Below are positions 13,409 through 25,931 of a stretch of DNA of 64,000 nt, piece after piece (the first letter of the stretch is position 1; each line of letters opens with the position of its first letter). The DNA comes from Ranitomeya imitator (taxonomy: Eukaryota), in NCBI RefSeq assembly GCF_032444005.1, contig NC_091283.1, positions 106,764,001-106,828,000 on the forward strand. The letters are read 5' to 3'. The translations under genes were made by a program, and so were the position numbers. Below the pieces are notes generated by a model. The model saw only the letters and a program-made list of their open reading frames with translations. It was not told the DNA's origin and searched no databases.

Positions 13409-13480
13409 AAAGGCTTCTTTCAATAACAAGAGCTCCAAGGATGTTGAAATTGGTCTTGACGTCTGCTCCGAATAAAAGCT
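13409..13480 (-). other. Candidate internal exon of an unidentified host gene (72 nt, phase 1-1)
   Basis: Acceptor ttgttttatgtgtag, donor T/GTGAGT, open frame xLLFGADVKTNFNILGALVIERSL; no homology recognised. Confidence 0.3.
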
Positions 13481-13669
13481 CTACACATAAAACAACCACA
13501 TGTCTTATGCATAGCTAGCCTGGAACAAACATGTACAACACAAGTTCACCAAGGCTGCCATGTTCATGGTTTAAAATAATCTTTACTCTCCATTTTTCCA
13601 TTGAGCACAGAACGAAAGCTACAAATAACATTTTGATGCTATTCTCGGTTAAATGAGATGTTGTCCTGG

Positions 13670-14140
13670 TGCCCTATAGTATCAGGGATTGGTTCTCTAA
13701 CCGAGCACCTGCCCCAATAAGTGGACTGGTTATTGTGACTGTTATTAAAAAGTATCCCATCTTATATTAAGGACATGGGCGATTTCTCAATGCTATACAG
13801 GAATTCACCGTGCAAGATGGCTTCTCGCTAGCGTCTATAGAGACAGAGAGCCTTAATACCAGGATACCATAGGAGCAAGGAATTGAAGCAGTATGAGTGT
13901 TTTTTGTGAATACTGAAAAAACTGGTGCGTTTGTGGATTTTATATATGGGGCTTTGAGTTTCATCCTAAAGCATAATGCCTTTAAATTTTTGTATAGATG
14001 GTAATAACAGTGTACTGGTACAACCATAGGGACCCCGCTAACGTGTTTTTCCTTTGCAAATTTGTTTTTGGCCACATTTGAGAATAAATATGTGTTCTCT
14101 GCAGACAATCCATTTATTAAATATATCAGACTGCTTCTCA
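13670..14140 (+). pseudogene. Decayed Penelope RT fragment
   Basis: Broken frames give PIVSGIGSLTEHL, FLNAIQ..FSLASI..SL.TRIP, FILKHNAFKF and FANLFLATFE, matching the 26142-28163 protein. Confidence 0.8.
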
Positions 14141-14142
14141 CA

Positions 14143-15170
14143 TGTCTGCAGGACTTGAAAGGGCTAATTTACCAGACCAGGGAAGTGATCTCCATATACT
14201 CCTGCTAAGGAGAGTAGCCAGGTGGATCATGCGCACACAGGTACAGGGGCGTTCTAGCACCCCAGAGTGGGGAGATAAGCAGAACAGCTGGTAGAAACCA
14301 GGTAGCAAAGCCATGTTTGGTCTCCAAGCGTAATGGGAACCCATACGGATCCGATGGCGCAGAATAGCTGCTGCCTGACCTCGGGAAGTTATGATACTTC
14401 ATAGGCTTTGGGAGTTTTAGTTACAAATACCCAAGGTGGGGGATATGGCCCATCCCAGGGGCGAAAAGGGTGTGACAGAAAAAGGGGCTAAAAGGCTTGT
14501 GTAAGGCCATATGCTCTCTGTGTCTTTGTCATGCTTGCTGTTCACTTTGTCATGATCCAGGTCGGGGTTTGCTTCTTGCTTTTCCTTCCTCGGCCTGGTT
14601 ATGGCGGGGTTAACCTTTCCTGCCTCTCTTTTGTTTGTGGGTGGCTATTTATTGGTGCCACTCCTGGTAGCATTTGTCAGTGATAGTTCCAGTCCCTAGC
14701 TTGAGCAGCTGACCCGTATACCCTAGTGATCCTTCTGCCTCTGATTACCCGTATTTGTACCTGACCCGTTCCCTATCTCTGACTTAGTGTGTATTTGGTG
14801 GTTTCCTACAGTGTATGACTCGGCTTGAATTCTGAACCCTGTCTCCTGCTTTTCGTCTCTGTTACTACATTTTCCGTCTGGCTTTGACAGTTTGGCTTGT
14901 ACCCCAACTACATCTTTTGTCTCCCATTTTGGATCCCGCGCTCCCGTCTGGTTCCGATTTCTGGCTTATCTCTGACCATGTGCATTGCTGTGACCTCTGG
15001 TACTTCGTCTTCCTGTTTGTTGCTGACCTGCCTGTCTGACTACTCTTCCGCCTCCTGGTGGCGCTCCTTGCTTTGCACTGTTGTGCTACACGGTGAGTGC
15101 TACTTTTTCCCCCTTACCTGCGCCCCCTGGTGGAGCTTGCATGCAACTGCCTTGCAGCTGCATTACACAC
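14143..15170. mobile_element. Two adjacent LTR-like remnants (about 14143-14477 and 14549-15167)
   Basis: TG...CA termini; the second resembles 3505-4033 in its start and composition; no TSD confirmed. Confidence 0.45.
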
Positions 15171-15678
15171 TTCTAAAGGAAGGGCCACATCGAGTAATGT
15201 GCTTGAAGGAATGGGAATTCAGCTGTCAGCCCATCCCGCCATGAGGCCCAGCACACATGGTCGAACGTAAAACTGGTAATTGACATGATTCATCTGCGTT
15301 CTCAGTATTAAATTTGCATGCTAATGGGGCTGGTTTCTGGCTGATATAATCCCGTTAACGGACCAGGCTTATATCTAATGAGGAACTAGTGGCGGTCCTA
15401 CTGGCTGGCAGCACTCTGTCAGGGTAAGTGTGGTGCCATGTCAGTAGTCAGTAGTTGTGTGTGTCACTTTGTCTTACTCCCCATGCATTCCTGGGCCCAT
15501 ATGAACAGGGGATATTTGTGGATAACAGTGCCAAGCTGACATTAAGTGTTGCCAGAGATGTGGAACATCATGTTGTTGCAAGTGCAGAGACCGTACCCCG
15601 TGATCCCACCAACATAATAGTGACATCAGGTGGGGTGACGAGGTGTGAGTTTATCACACGGATTCTACAGGAGATAAA

Positions 15679-16090
15679 AACAACAGAAAGAGTCCAGTCC
15701 AGGTGATGAAAAAGAATAAAGCCTTTATCCTGCCGTGATATGACGTTTCAACCAAAATTGGTCTTTATCAAGAATACTTGGACTGGATGCTGATCCTTTC
15801 TATTGATTGTATCACTTGATGTCCGATTGGGTCATTGGTATTGGAACGTGCATCCTGAGAGTGATGTGCTGTCAGCTGATTTTTCTTTGCTTGGACTCTA
15901 CAGGAGACAAACAATCGGTTGAAGTGAAGGACAGCATCCGGTCAGGGTGAAAAGAGTCTTCTTTATTAAGCCATAAATGCAACGTTTCAACCTCAAGGGT
16001 CTTTATCAAGCGGCTCCAGTGGAAATAGGACGGGCATCCGCCTTTACCTGTTTTATTGTCAGATGTGCTGTCAGCTGCTAAACATTTATT
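15679..16090. mobile_element. Two stacked short Penelope-type inserts, each with a hammerhead-like motif
   Basis: The 16-mer TTCTACAGGAGATAAA occurs at 15663-15678 and 16091-16106, with a 2-mismatch copy at 15897-15912. Minus-strand UUGAUAA...GAAACGUH motifs at 15742-15771 and 15981-16009. Confidence 0.65.
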
Positions 16091-16161
16091 TTCTACAGGA
16101 GATAAAGTCTTGGACTTGATTGGATAATATCCCCTATCTGCAAGGAATCAGAGGTAGCATG

Positions 16162-17494
16162 TGTTAGGTGTCGAGTTCCCGCCTCTGCACAGGGGGAATC
16201 TTGAATCACCTCAGCTGTGGTTTCCCATTCTTCTCCAGCCGCAGAGGAGCCTGCTCAGCAGAGACGTCGGTCCCAGCGTCTGACTAAGGGTACCGTCACA
16301 CAGTGGCATTTTGATCGCTACGACGGCACGATCCGTGACGCTCCAGCATCGTAACAATATCGCTCCAGCGTCGTAGACTGCTGTCACACTTTGCAATGTA
16401 CGACGCTGGAGCGATAATTTCATGACGTATGTGCGATGTAGAAGCCGTTGGTTACTATGCGCACATCGTATACAATATCGTGAACACCTTTGTTACACCA
16501 TGCGATCATGCCGCCACAGCGGGATACTAGACGACGAAAGAAAGTTTCAAACGATCTGCTACGACGTACGATTCTCAGCGGGGTCCCTGATCGCAGGAGC
16601 ATGTCAGACCCAGCGAGATCGCTGGAACGTCACGGATATATCGCTGGAACGTCACAAATCGTGCGGTCGTGACAATCAAAATGCCACTGTGTGACGGTAC
16701 CCTAAGGCTGATACTGGGTGACTGGTTGCTACTGTTCAGGCTCTGCCTTTGTAGCCAGTACAGGTCAGCGTCGAGCAGACGTCTTTGGGACTAAGTCCTG
16801 CTTTTCCCCTTCTGAGCATGCCCAGGGTAAGACCTCTCATTGGAGGTCGGGGTCACATGCTCAGATACTGCAGCAGGTCCCATTGGTCCTCTAGGAAGGT
16901 CCTGAAGTTGCTAAGGTACTGTAGCAGCTCCTATTGGTCCTCTAGGAAGGTCCTGAAGTTGCTGCAGCTATAAAAGGTTTGCATGGCCGCACGGCCTTGC
17001 GCTAGTATCAAACCAATGTGTGTGAGCTCAGCGCCAGTGTGGTCATGTTTTGATGCAGTTAGGGTTTGGCTGAATTAAGCCCCTAGAATACCGGCACCTC
17101 CGGTGAAGAGTTTGTATGAGTGTATTCAGGGCCTTGGCTGAAATAAGCCTCTAGAATACCGGCACCTCCGGTGAGGAGTTTGTATGAGTGTATTCAGGGC
17201 CTTGGCTGAGATAAGCCACTAGAATACCAGCACCTCCGGTGAGGAGTTGTTTGTCTGTTTTCTCTGACTGCATGACCACAGTTTGCTCTGTTTGGTAGCT
17301 GTGTACCTCTGTGAGGTTAACAGGGCACAGCATGTTGTTCCTAGTGACCCTGTGGAGTTAACAGAGTTCACATATACCGCCATATAGCACTGCCATTTGC
17401 CAGCAGCAGGTTCCTCTCCTGCACAGTGGACCCCGGGTTGCGAACGCACCTAATAATACATATAAATACTCGGTGCGCTCCGCCAACCCTAACA
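16162..17494. mobile_element. Solo LTR with a 5-bp TSD
   Basis: TGTTAGG...CCTAACA; GCATG on both sides; internal ~60-bp tandem repeats at 17075-17245; related copy at 39046-40131. Confidence 0.85.
16288..16702. mobile_element. PIF/Harbinger-type palindromic MITE inside the solo LTR
   Basis: TIR GGGTACCGTCACACAGTGGCATTTTGAT; TAA TSD at 16285-16287 and 16703-16705. Confidence 0.9.
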
Positions 17495-17499
17495 GCATG

Positions 17500-17860
17500 A
17501 AAGCAATATAAAGAGAACTATTACTGCATATATGGTTACCAATTGGTCTAAAACTGTTCAACCAATTTGGGGATTCCATTTTAGCCATGAAAAAGAGCCA
17601 ATTTATGGAACAAGCAATTGACCTCAAAAGTAGGTTTATCCAAAGAGGTTATCCATAGCCACTTTTGAATTCCTTCTCTTAAAATGATCTTTTTAAAGGT
17701 AATCAACAATGAGATTCCTATTAAGTTTTAAATATGGTCCAATGGACAGACATATCAGTGCAGCCATTAATAAGAATTGGCACGTCCTGGAATAGAATAG
17801 CAGCATCGCTGAAGTGGGAGCAAGTAAACCTTTATTTTCATATAGGAGGAGCACTAAACC
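17500..17860 (+). pseudogene. Decayed Penelope fragment (post-RT region)
   Basis: GPMDRHISAAINKNWHVL matches SPMDKAIYAAINKNWHVL in the 26142-28163 ORF. Confidence 0.75.
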
Positions 17861-17864
17861 TTAA

Positions 17865-18880
17865 AGGGAAGGTGCCACCAGTTTTTTTGTATTTTGTTTT
17901 TTTGTGAAATTAAGCTTAAAATAGTAATTAAAATGTATTAATGCAATGTTTGCACTGTTTGCAAACATTTCTATATGAAAAATATTATATATTTTTCTAC
18001 AAATATACATATTTACCACTAGGGGAGCATTTTCCGTTTTAGACCTCAAGCAGCTATAGTAAGATTAGCAGCTTTCCTGTTAGCAGCAAAATTGGGGCAG
18101 TAACTGCTGACATCACCATTTCCCTCCCCTTTTGGGTGGTCTAATATCCCTGGGGCAGAATGAAGAGCAGCATCACAAGGCAGAGCCATTTTGTGTGTGA
18201 CTGCCCTGTGACCTGCTATCACCAGCAGTTACTGCATCAGAGGCACAGCTTGTTTACAGAGGAGCAGAACACAGTGGACTCAGCAGCTTTTTTTGTGAAT
18301 AACATTCTTGCCATCCCCCTTCCCCCACCTTAATCCCTGTCCTGTCAGCTGCCCTGCTCTCTCTCTCCAGGTGTCACCTCCCTCTCTGCAGGCTGTGAGT
18401 GCAGCTTACCTGAGATCACAGGGACTGTGTGTGAGGGGGAGGGGAGACACAGCAGGAGAAGCACACAGGGCAGCCTGTGAGGAGCAGAGGATGTGCCTGC
18501 CTGGAGTACAGAGGAGCAGTGAGGGCTTCTTCTGTCCTGCGATAGAGAGCACAGGGCTATAATAAAATGGCAGCTAGTCACACCTACAGCAGTGAGTTGT
18601 GCAGCCTACAGAGGCGTGCCCAGCTCACTGCTAATGCTGCTGCAATGTTACAGATAGGGTCAGCGCCGGTCTATTATCTCCTATGCCCATGGGGTGCCGT
18701 AATCTGACACTGATAGTGCCCTGCTACTGCTGCAAAACCAAGATGTCAGCCCCCAGTTCCTTCTTTCTACTCATATAACACATGAAATCTGTTTCACATG
18801 CATTTCAAACTTGCTTATAGCAGCATGTTATGCTACATTACAGTGATTTATTAATGACCTACAAACGCGGTACCTTCCCT
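17865..18880. mobile_element. T2/Kolobok-type MITE
   Basis: TTAA-AGGGAAGGT...ACCTTCCCT-TTAA. Confidence 0.8.
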
Positions 18881-19539
18881 TTAACCCCTTAAGCCCCAAG
18901 GGTGGTTTGCACGTTAATGACCGGACCAATTTTTACATTTCTGACCACTGTCTCTTTATGAGGTTATAACTCTGGAACGCTTCAACAAATCCCAGTGATT
19001 TTGACACTGTTTTCTCGGGACATATTGTACTTCATGATAGTGGTAAAATTTCTTTGATATTACCTGCGGTTATTTGTGAAAAAAACGGAAATTTGGCGAA
19101 AATTTTAGAAAATTTCGCAATTTTCCAAATTTGAATATTTATGCAATTAAATCACAGAGATATGTCACACAAAATACTTAATAGGTAACATTTCCCACAT
19201 GTCTACTTTACATCAGCACAATTTTGGAACCAAAATTTTTTTTTGTTAGGGAGTTATAAGGGTTAAAAGATGACCAGCAATTTCTCATTTTTACAACACC
19301 ATTTTTTTTTAGCGACCACATCTCATTTGAAGTCATTTTGAGGGGTCTATATGATAGAAAATACCCAAGTGTGACACCATTCTAAAAACTGAACCCCTCA
19401 AGGTGCTCAAAACCATATTCAAGAAGTTTATTAACCCTTCTGGTGCTTCACAGGAATTTTTGGAATGTTTAAATAAAAATGAACATTTAACTTTTTTTCA
19501 CAAAAAATTTATTTCAGCTCCAATTTGTTTTATTTTACC

Positions 19540-22460
19540 AAGGGTAACAGGAGAAAATGGACCCCAAAAGTTGTTGTACAATTTGTCCTGAGTACGCCGA
19601 TACCCCATATGTGGGGGTAAACCACTGTTTGGGCACATGACCGAGCTCGGAAGCGAAGGAGCGCCATTTGACTTTTCAATGCAAAATTGACTGGAATTGA
19701 GATGGGACGCCATGTTGCGTTTGGGGAGCCCCTGATGTGCCTAAACATTGAAACCCCCCACAAGTGACACCATTTTGGAAAGTAGACCCCCTAAGGAACT
19801 TATCTAGAGGTGTGGTGAGCACTTTGATCCACCAATTGCTTCACAGAAGTTTATAATGCAGAACCGTAAAAATAAAAAATCATATTCTTTCACAAAAATT
19901 ATCTTTTCGCCCCCAATTTTTTATTTTCCCAAGGGTAGGAGAAGAAATTGGACCCCAAAGGTTGTTGTACAATTTGTCCTGAGTACGCTGATACCCCATA
20001 TGTGGGGATAAACCACTGATTGGGCGCATGGGAGACCTCGGAAGGGAAGGAGCGCCGTTTGACTTTTCAATGCAAAATTGACAGGAATTGAGATGGGACG
20101 CCATGTTACGTTTGGAGAGCCACTGATGTGCCTAAACATTGAAACCCCCCACAAGTGACACCATTTTGGAAAGTAGACCCCCTAAGGAACTTATCTAGAG
20201 GTGTGGTGAGCACTTTGACCCACCAAGTGCTTCACAGAAGTTTATAATGCAGAACCGTAAAAATAAAAAATCATATTTTTTCACAAAAATTATCTTTTCA
20301 CCCCCAATTTTTTATTTTCCCAAGGGTAAGAGAAGAAATTGGACCCTAAAAAATGTTGTACAATTTGTCCTGAGTACGCTGATACCCCATATGTGGGGGT
20401 AAACCACTGTTTGGGCGCATGGGAGAGCTCGGAAGCGAAGTAGCGCCGTTTGACTTTTCAATGCAAAATTGACAGGAATTGAGATGGGACCCCATGTTGC
20501 GTTTGGAGAGCCACTGATGTGCCTAAACATTGAAACCCCCCACAAGTGACACCATTTTGGAAAGTAGACCCCCTAAGGAACTTATCTAGATGTGTTTTGA
20601 GCGCTTTGACCCACCAAGGGCTTCACAGAAGTTTATAATGCAGAGCCGTAAAAATAAAACAAAAATTTTTTCCCACAAAAATTATTTTTCAGCCCCCAGT
20701 TTTGTATTTTCCCGAGGGTAACAGGAGAAATTGGACCCCAAAAGTTGTTGTCCAATTTGTCCTGAGTGCGCTGATACCCCATATGTGGGGGGAACCACCG
20801 TTTGGATGCATGGGAGGGCTCGGAAGGGAAGGAGCGCCATTTGGAATGCAGACTTAGATGGAATGGTCTGCAGGCGTCACATTGCGTTTGCAGAGCCCCT
20901 AATGTACCTAAACAGTAGAAGCCCCCCACAAGTGACCCCATTTTGGAAACTAGACCCCCCAAGGAACTTATCTAGATGTGTTGTAAGAACTTTGAAACCC
21001 CAAGTTTTTCACTACAGTTTATAAAGCAGAGCCGTGAAAATAAAAAATCTTTTTTTTTTCCCACAAAAATTATTTTTTAGCCCCCAGTTTTGTATTTTCC
21101 CGAGGGTAGCAGGAGAAATTGGACCCCAAAACATAGTAACATAGTAACATAGTTAGTAAGGCCGAAAAAAGACATTTGTCCATCCAGTTCAGCCTATATT
21201 CCATCATAATAAATCCCCAGATTTACGTCCTTTTACAGAACCTAATAATTGTATGATACAATATTGTTCTGCTCCAAGAAGACATCCAGGCCTCTCTTGA
21301 ACCCCTCGACTGAGTTCGCCATCACCACCTCCTCAGGCAAGCAATTCCAGATTCTCACTGCCCTAACAGTAAAGAATCCTCTTCTATGTTGGTGGAAAAA
21401 CCTTCTCTCCTCCAGACGCAAAGAATGCCCCCTTGTGCCCGTCACCTTCCTTGGTATAAACAAATCCTCAGCGAGATATTGAGGATGTTGTCCAATTTGT
21501 CCTGAGTGCGCTGATACCCCATATGTGGGGGGGAACCACCGTTTGGATGCATGGAAGGGCTCGGAAGGGAAGGAGCGCCATTTGGAATGCAGACTTAGAT
21601 GGAATGGTCTGCAGGCGTCACATTGCGTTTGCAGAGCCCCTAATGCACCTAAACAGTAGAAACCCCCAACAAGTGACACCATGTTGGAAAGTAGACCCCC
21701 TAAGGAACTTATCTAGATGTGTGGTGAGCGCTTTGACCCACCAAGGGCTTCACAGAAGTTTATAATGCAGAGCCGTAAAAATAAAACAAAAATTTTTTCC
21801 CACAAAAATTCTTTTTCAGCCCCCAGTTTTGTATTTTCCCGAAGGTAACAGGAGAAATTGGACCCCAAAAGTTGTTGTCCAATTTGTCCTGAGTGCGCTG
21901 ATACCCCAAATGTGGGGGGAACCACCGTTTGAATGCATGGGAGGGCTCGGAAGGGAAGGAGCGCCATTTGGAATGCAGACTTAGATGGAATGGTCTGCAG
22001 GCGTCACATTGCATTTGCAGAGCCCCTAATGTACCTAAACAGTAGAAGCCCCCCACAAGTGACCCCATTTTGGAAACTAGACCCCCAAGGAACTTATTTA
22101 GATGTGTTGTAAGAACTTTGAACCCCCAAGTGTTTCACTACAGTTTATAACGCAGAGCCGTGAAAATAAAAAATCTTTTTTCTTTTTCCCACAAAAATTA
22201 TTTTTTAGCCCCCAGTTTTGTATTTTCCCAAGGGTAACAGGAGAAATTGGACTTCAAAGGTTGTTGTCCTATTTGTCCTGAGTACACTGATACCCCATAT
22301 GTTGGGGTAAACCCCTGTTTGGGCACACGGGAGAGCTCGGAAGGGAAGGAGCACTGTTTTACTTTTTCAACGCAGAATTGGCTGGAATTGAGATCGGACG
22401 CCATGTCGCGTTTGGAGAGCCCCTGATGTGCCTAAACAGTGGAAACCCCCCAATTATAAC
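19540..22460. repeat. Seven-unit ~390-bp tandem array inside copy A
   Basis: GGACCCCAAAAG marker near 19560, 19950, 20340, 20733, 21121, 21860 and 22250. Confidence 0.9.
21131..21480 (-). mobile_element. CR1 3'-end fragment inserted in array unit 5
   Basis: Nearly identical by eye to 46140-46490, including the (TTACTATG)n tail; absent from the matching unit of copy B. Confidence 0.95.
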
Positions 22461-22462
22461 TG

Positions 22463-22637
22463 AAACCCTAATCCAAACACACCTCTAACCCTAATCCCAA
22501 CAGTAACCCTAACCACACCTCTAACCCTGACACACCCCTAACCCCAATCCCAACCCTATTCCCAACCGTAAATGTAATCTAAACCCTAACCGTAACTTTA
22601 GCCCCAACCCTAACCCTAACTTTAGCCCCAACCCTAA
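22463..22637. repeat. Degenerate telomere-like (CCCTAA)n block running into the gap
   Basis: AACCCTAA/ACCCCAA hexamer variants are directly visible. Confidence 0.85.
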
Positions 22638-22860
22638 NNNNNNNNNNNNNNNNNNNNNNNNNNNNNNNNNNNNNNNNNNNNNNNNNNNNNNNNNNNNNNN
22701 NNNNNNNNNNNNNNNNNNNNNNNNNNNNNNNNNNNNNNNNNNNNNNNNNNNNNNNNNNNNNNNNNNNNNNNNNNNNNNNNNNNNNNNNNNNNNNNNNNNN
22801 NNNNNNNNNNNNNNNNNNNNNNNNNNNNNNNNNNNNNNNNNNNNNNNNNNNNNNNNNNNN
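22638..22860. other. Assembly gap (N run)
   Basis: 223 consecutive N. Confidence 1.
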
Positions 22861-24325
22861 ATGGAAATAAATACATTTTTTTTATTTTTCCCTAACTAAG
22901 GGGGTGATGAAGGGGGGTTTGATTTACTTTTATAGCGGGTTTTTTAGCGGATTTTTATGATTGGCAGCCGTCACACACTGAAAGACGCTTTTTATTGCAA
23001 AAAATATTTTTTGCATTACCACATTTTGAGAGCTATAAATTTTCCATATTTTGGTCCACAGAGTCATGTGAGGTCTTGTTTTTTGCGGGACGAGTTGACT
23101 TTTTTATTGGTAACATATTTGGGCACGTCACATTTTTTGATCGCTTTTTATTCCGATTTTTGTGAGGCAGAATGACCAAAAACCAGCTATTCATGAATTT
23201 CTTTTGGGGGAGGCGTTTATACCGTTCCGCGTTTGGTAAAATTGATAAAGCAGTTTTATTGTTCGGGTCAGTACGATTACAGTGATACCTCATTTATATT
23301 TTTTTTATGTTTTGGCGGCTTTATACGATAAAAACTATTTTATAGAAAAAATATTTATTTTTGCATCGCTTTATTCTGAGGACTATAACTTTTTTATTTT
23401 TTTGCTGATCATGCTGTACGGCGGCTCGTTTTTTGCGGGACAAGATGACGGTTTCAGCGGTACCATTTTTATTTATATCTGTTTTTTTGATCGCGTGTTA
23501 TTCCACTTTTTGTTCGGCAGTATGATAATAAAGCGTTGTTTTTTGCCTAGTTTTTTTTTTTTTTTCCTTACGGTGTTTACTGAAGGGGTTAACTAGTGGG
23601 CCAGTTTTATAGGACGGGTCGTTACGGACGCGGCGATACTAAATATGTGTACTTTTATTGTTTTGTTTTTTTTATTTAGATAAAGAAATGTATTTATGGG
23701 AATAATATTTTTTTTTTTCATTATTTTGGAATATTTTTTTTTATTTTTTTTTTACACATTTGGAAATTTTTTTTAAAACTTTTTTACTTTGCCCCAGGGG
23801 GGGACATCACAGATCGATGATCTGACAGTTTGCACAGCACTCTGTCAGATCACCGATCTGAGAGAAGTGCAGGCTGCTTCACAGTGCCTGCTCTGAGCAG
23901 GCTTCTGTGAAGCCACCTCCCTCCCTGCAGGACCCGGATCCGCGGCCATCTTGGATCCGGGTCTGGAAGAAGCAGGGAGGGAGGTAAGACCCTCGCAGCA
24001 ACGCGATCACATCGCGTTGCTGCGGGGGGCTCAGGGAAGCCCGCAGGGAGCCCCCTCCCTGCGGGAAGCTTCCCTATACCGCCGGCACATCGCGATCATC
24101 TTTGATCGCGGTGTGCCGGGGGTTAATGTGCCGGGAGCGGTCCGTGACCGCTCCTGGCACATAGTGCCGGATGTCAGCTGCGATAGGCAGCTGACACCCG
24201 GCCGCGATCGGCCGCGCACCCCCCGTGAGCGCGGCCGATCGCATATGACTTACTATCCCATTACTGGGAATTAAGTCCCAGGGCACCTCGACGGGATAGT
24301 ACGTCATATGGGATTAAGGGGTTAA

Positions 24326-24696
24326 GGACATGTTGGTTCATTATCGGCTAACAATGGAATTAACCTGTTAAATGCCACTGTCAATCTCTGTCAGTGGCAT
24401 TTAACTCAGGCTTTCCGGTAGCATGCCGGAAATACCGCCCATCGGTGACCCATCACGTGATTGCGGGTCACCAATGGGTTGGCATGACCACCAGAGGTCT
24501 CCAACAGATCTCTATGGTTGTCATAGCTGGATTAATGTGAGCCCTGCCTGGTGGTCAGCGCTCATAGCAAGTGAGCATTTCTGCTACATTCAGGCAATCT
24601 GATCATCACCTGTGTGAAGTAGAGCTGATCAAAGTACTGCAGCTTCTAGCCTCCCATAAAGACTATTGAAGCTTGCAAAAAGTAAAAAAAATTTTT
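24326..24696. mobile_element. Internal piece of an older piggyBac-type MITE; it continues at 32560-33327
   Basis: Homologous to the reverse complement of 1384-2662. It resumes after copy B and ends ATGAAGGGG at 33327. Confidence 0.65.
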
Positions 24697-25931
24697 TTAA
24701 CCCCTTAATCCCATATGACGTACTATCCCGTCCAGGTGACCTGTGACTTAATTCCCAGTGACGGGATAGTATGTCATATGCGATCGGCCGCGCTCACGGG
24801 GAGAGCACAGCCGATCGCGGCCGGGTGTCAGCTGCCTATCGCAGCTGACATCCGGCACTATGTGCCAGGAGCGGTCACGGACCGCTCCCGGCACATTAAC
24901 CCCCGGCACACCGCGATCAAAGATGATCGCGGTGTGTCGGCGGTGCAGGGAAGCATCGCGCAGGGAGGGGGCTCCCTGCGGGCTTCCCTGAGACGATCGG
25001 TACACGGTGATGTACTCACCGTGTACCGAGCGTCTTCTCCCTGCAGTCCCCGGATCCAAAATGTCCGCGGGGCTGCATCCGGGTCCTGCAGGGAGCACTT
25101 CCGGGTCAGGATCAGGCTGCAGCTGCAGCTCTAATCCTGCCCGGCTGTATGTCAGATCACCGATCTGACAGAGTGCTGTGCACACTGTCAGATCGGTGAT
25201 CTGTGATGTCCCCCCCTGGGACAAAGTGAAAAAGTAAAAAAAAAAATTTCCACACGTGTAAAAAAAAAAAAAAAAAAAAAAATATTATTCCCATAAATAC
25301 ATTTCTTTATCTAAAAAAAAAACAAAAAAACAATAAAAGTACACATATTTAGTATCGCCGCGTCTGTAACGACCCGACCTATAAAACTGGCCCACTAGTT
25401 AACCCCTTCAGTGAACACCGTAAGAAAAAAAAAAAAAAAACGAGCCAAAAAACAACGCTTTATTATCATAACGCTGAACAAAAAGTGGAATAACACGCGA
25501 TCAAAAAGACGGATATAAATAACCATGGTACCTCTGAAAACGTCATATTGTCCTGCAAACAACGAGCCACCATATAGCATCATAACCAAAAAAATAAAAA
25601 AGTTATAGTCCTCAGAATAAAGCGATGCAAAAATAATTATGCAAAGCAAAAGTAACGTAGATCAGGAAGGCACTAGAACGGCTGAATATCAGACTTTTCT
25701 GTTCCACAAGCTGGATTCAATTCAGGACATAATTCGGCGCGTAGCTTCTAGCAGCAATGAATGGGTGTTGCTCTGCCATAGAATATAGTATAATGATGAT
25801 CCACATACAACGAAAGAAAGAAGGCGGCACTCACCCCGAAAATTGCTTGAAGGTGATGTTCTTTATTCAGGACATGAATGAATGAAAAAGAGAGCCGGCT
25901 GGTAACAGATCGGGTGCGGAAAGGAGGTGAA

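Larger units (their letters stand above)
18885..24321 (+). mobile_element. Large non-autonomous piggyBac-type element, copy A
   Basis: TTAA-CCCCTTAA...TTAAGGGG-TTAA; no transposase; contains a 390-bp array, a CCCTAA-like block and the gap; collinear with the reverse complement of 24701-32555. Confidence 0.85.

Noticed and set aside
13767-14141. 124-aa minus-strand ORF that looked like a host exon
   Set aside because: It is the antisense of a decayed Penelope RT.
22463-22860. Telomeric repeat next to a gap, suggesting a chromosome end or fusion site
   Set aside because: The same block occurs at the homologous position in copy B and element sequence continues on both sides of the gap.
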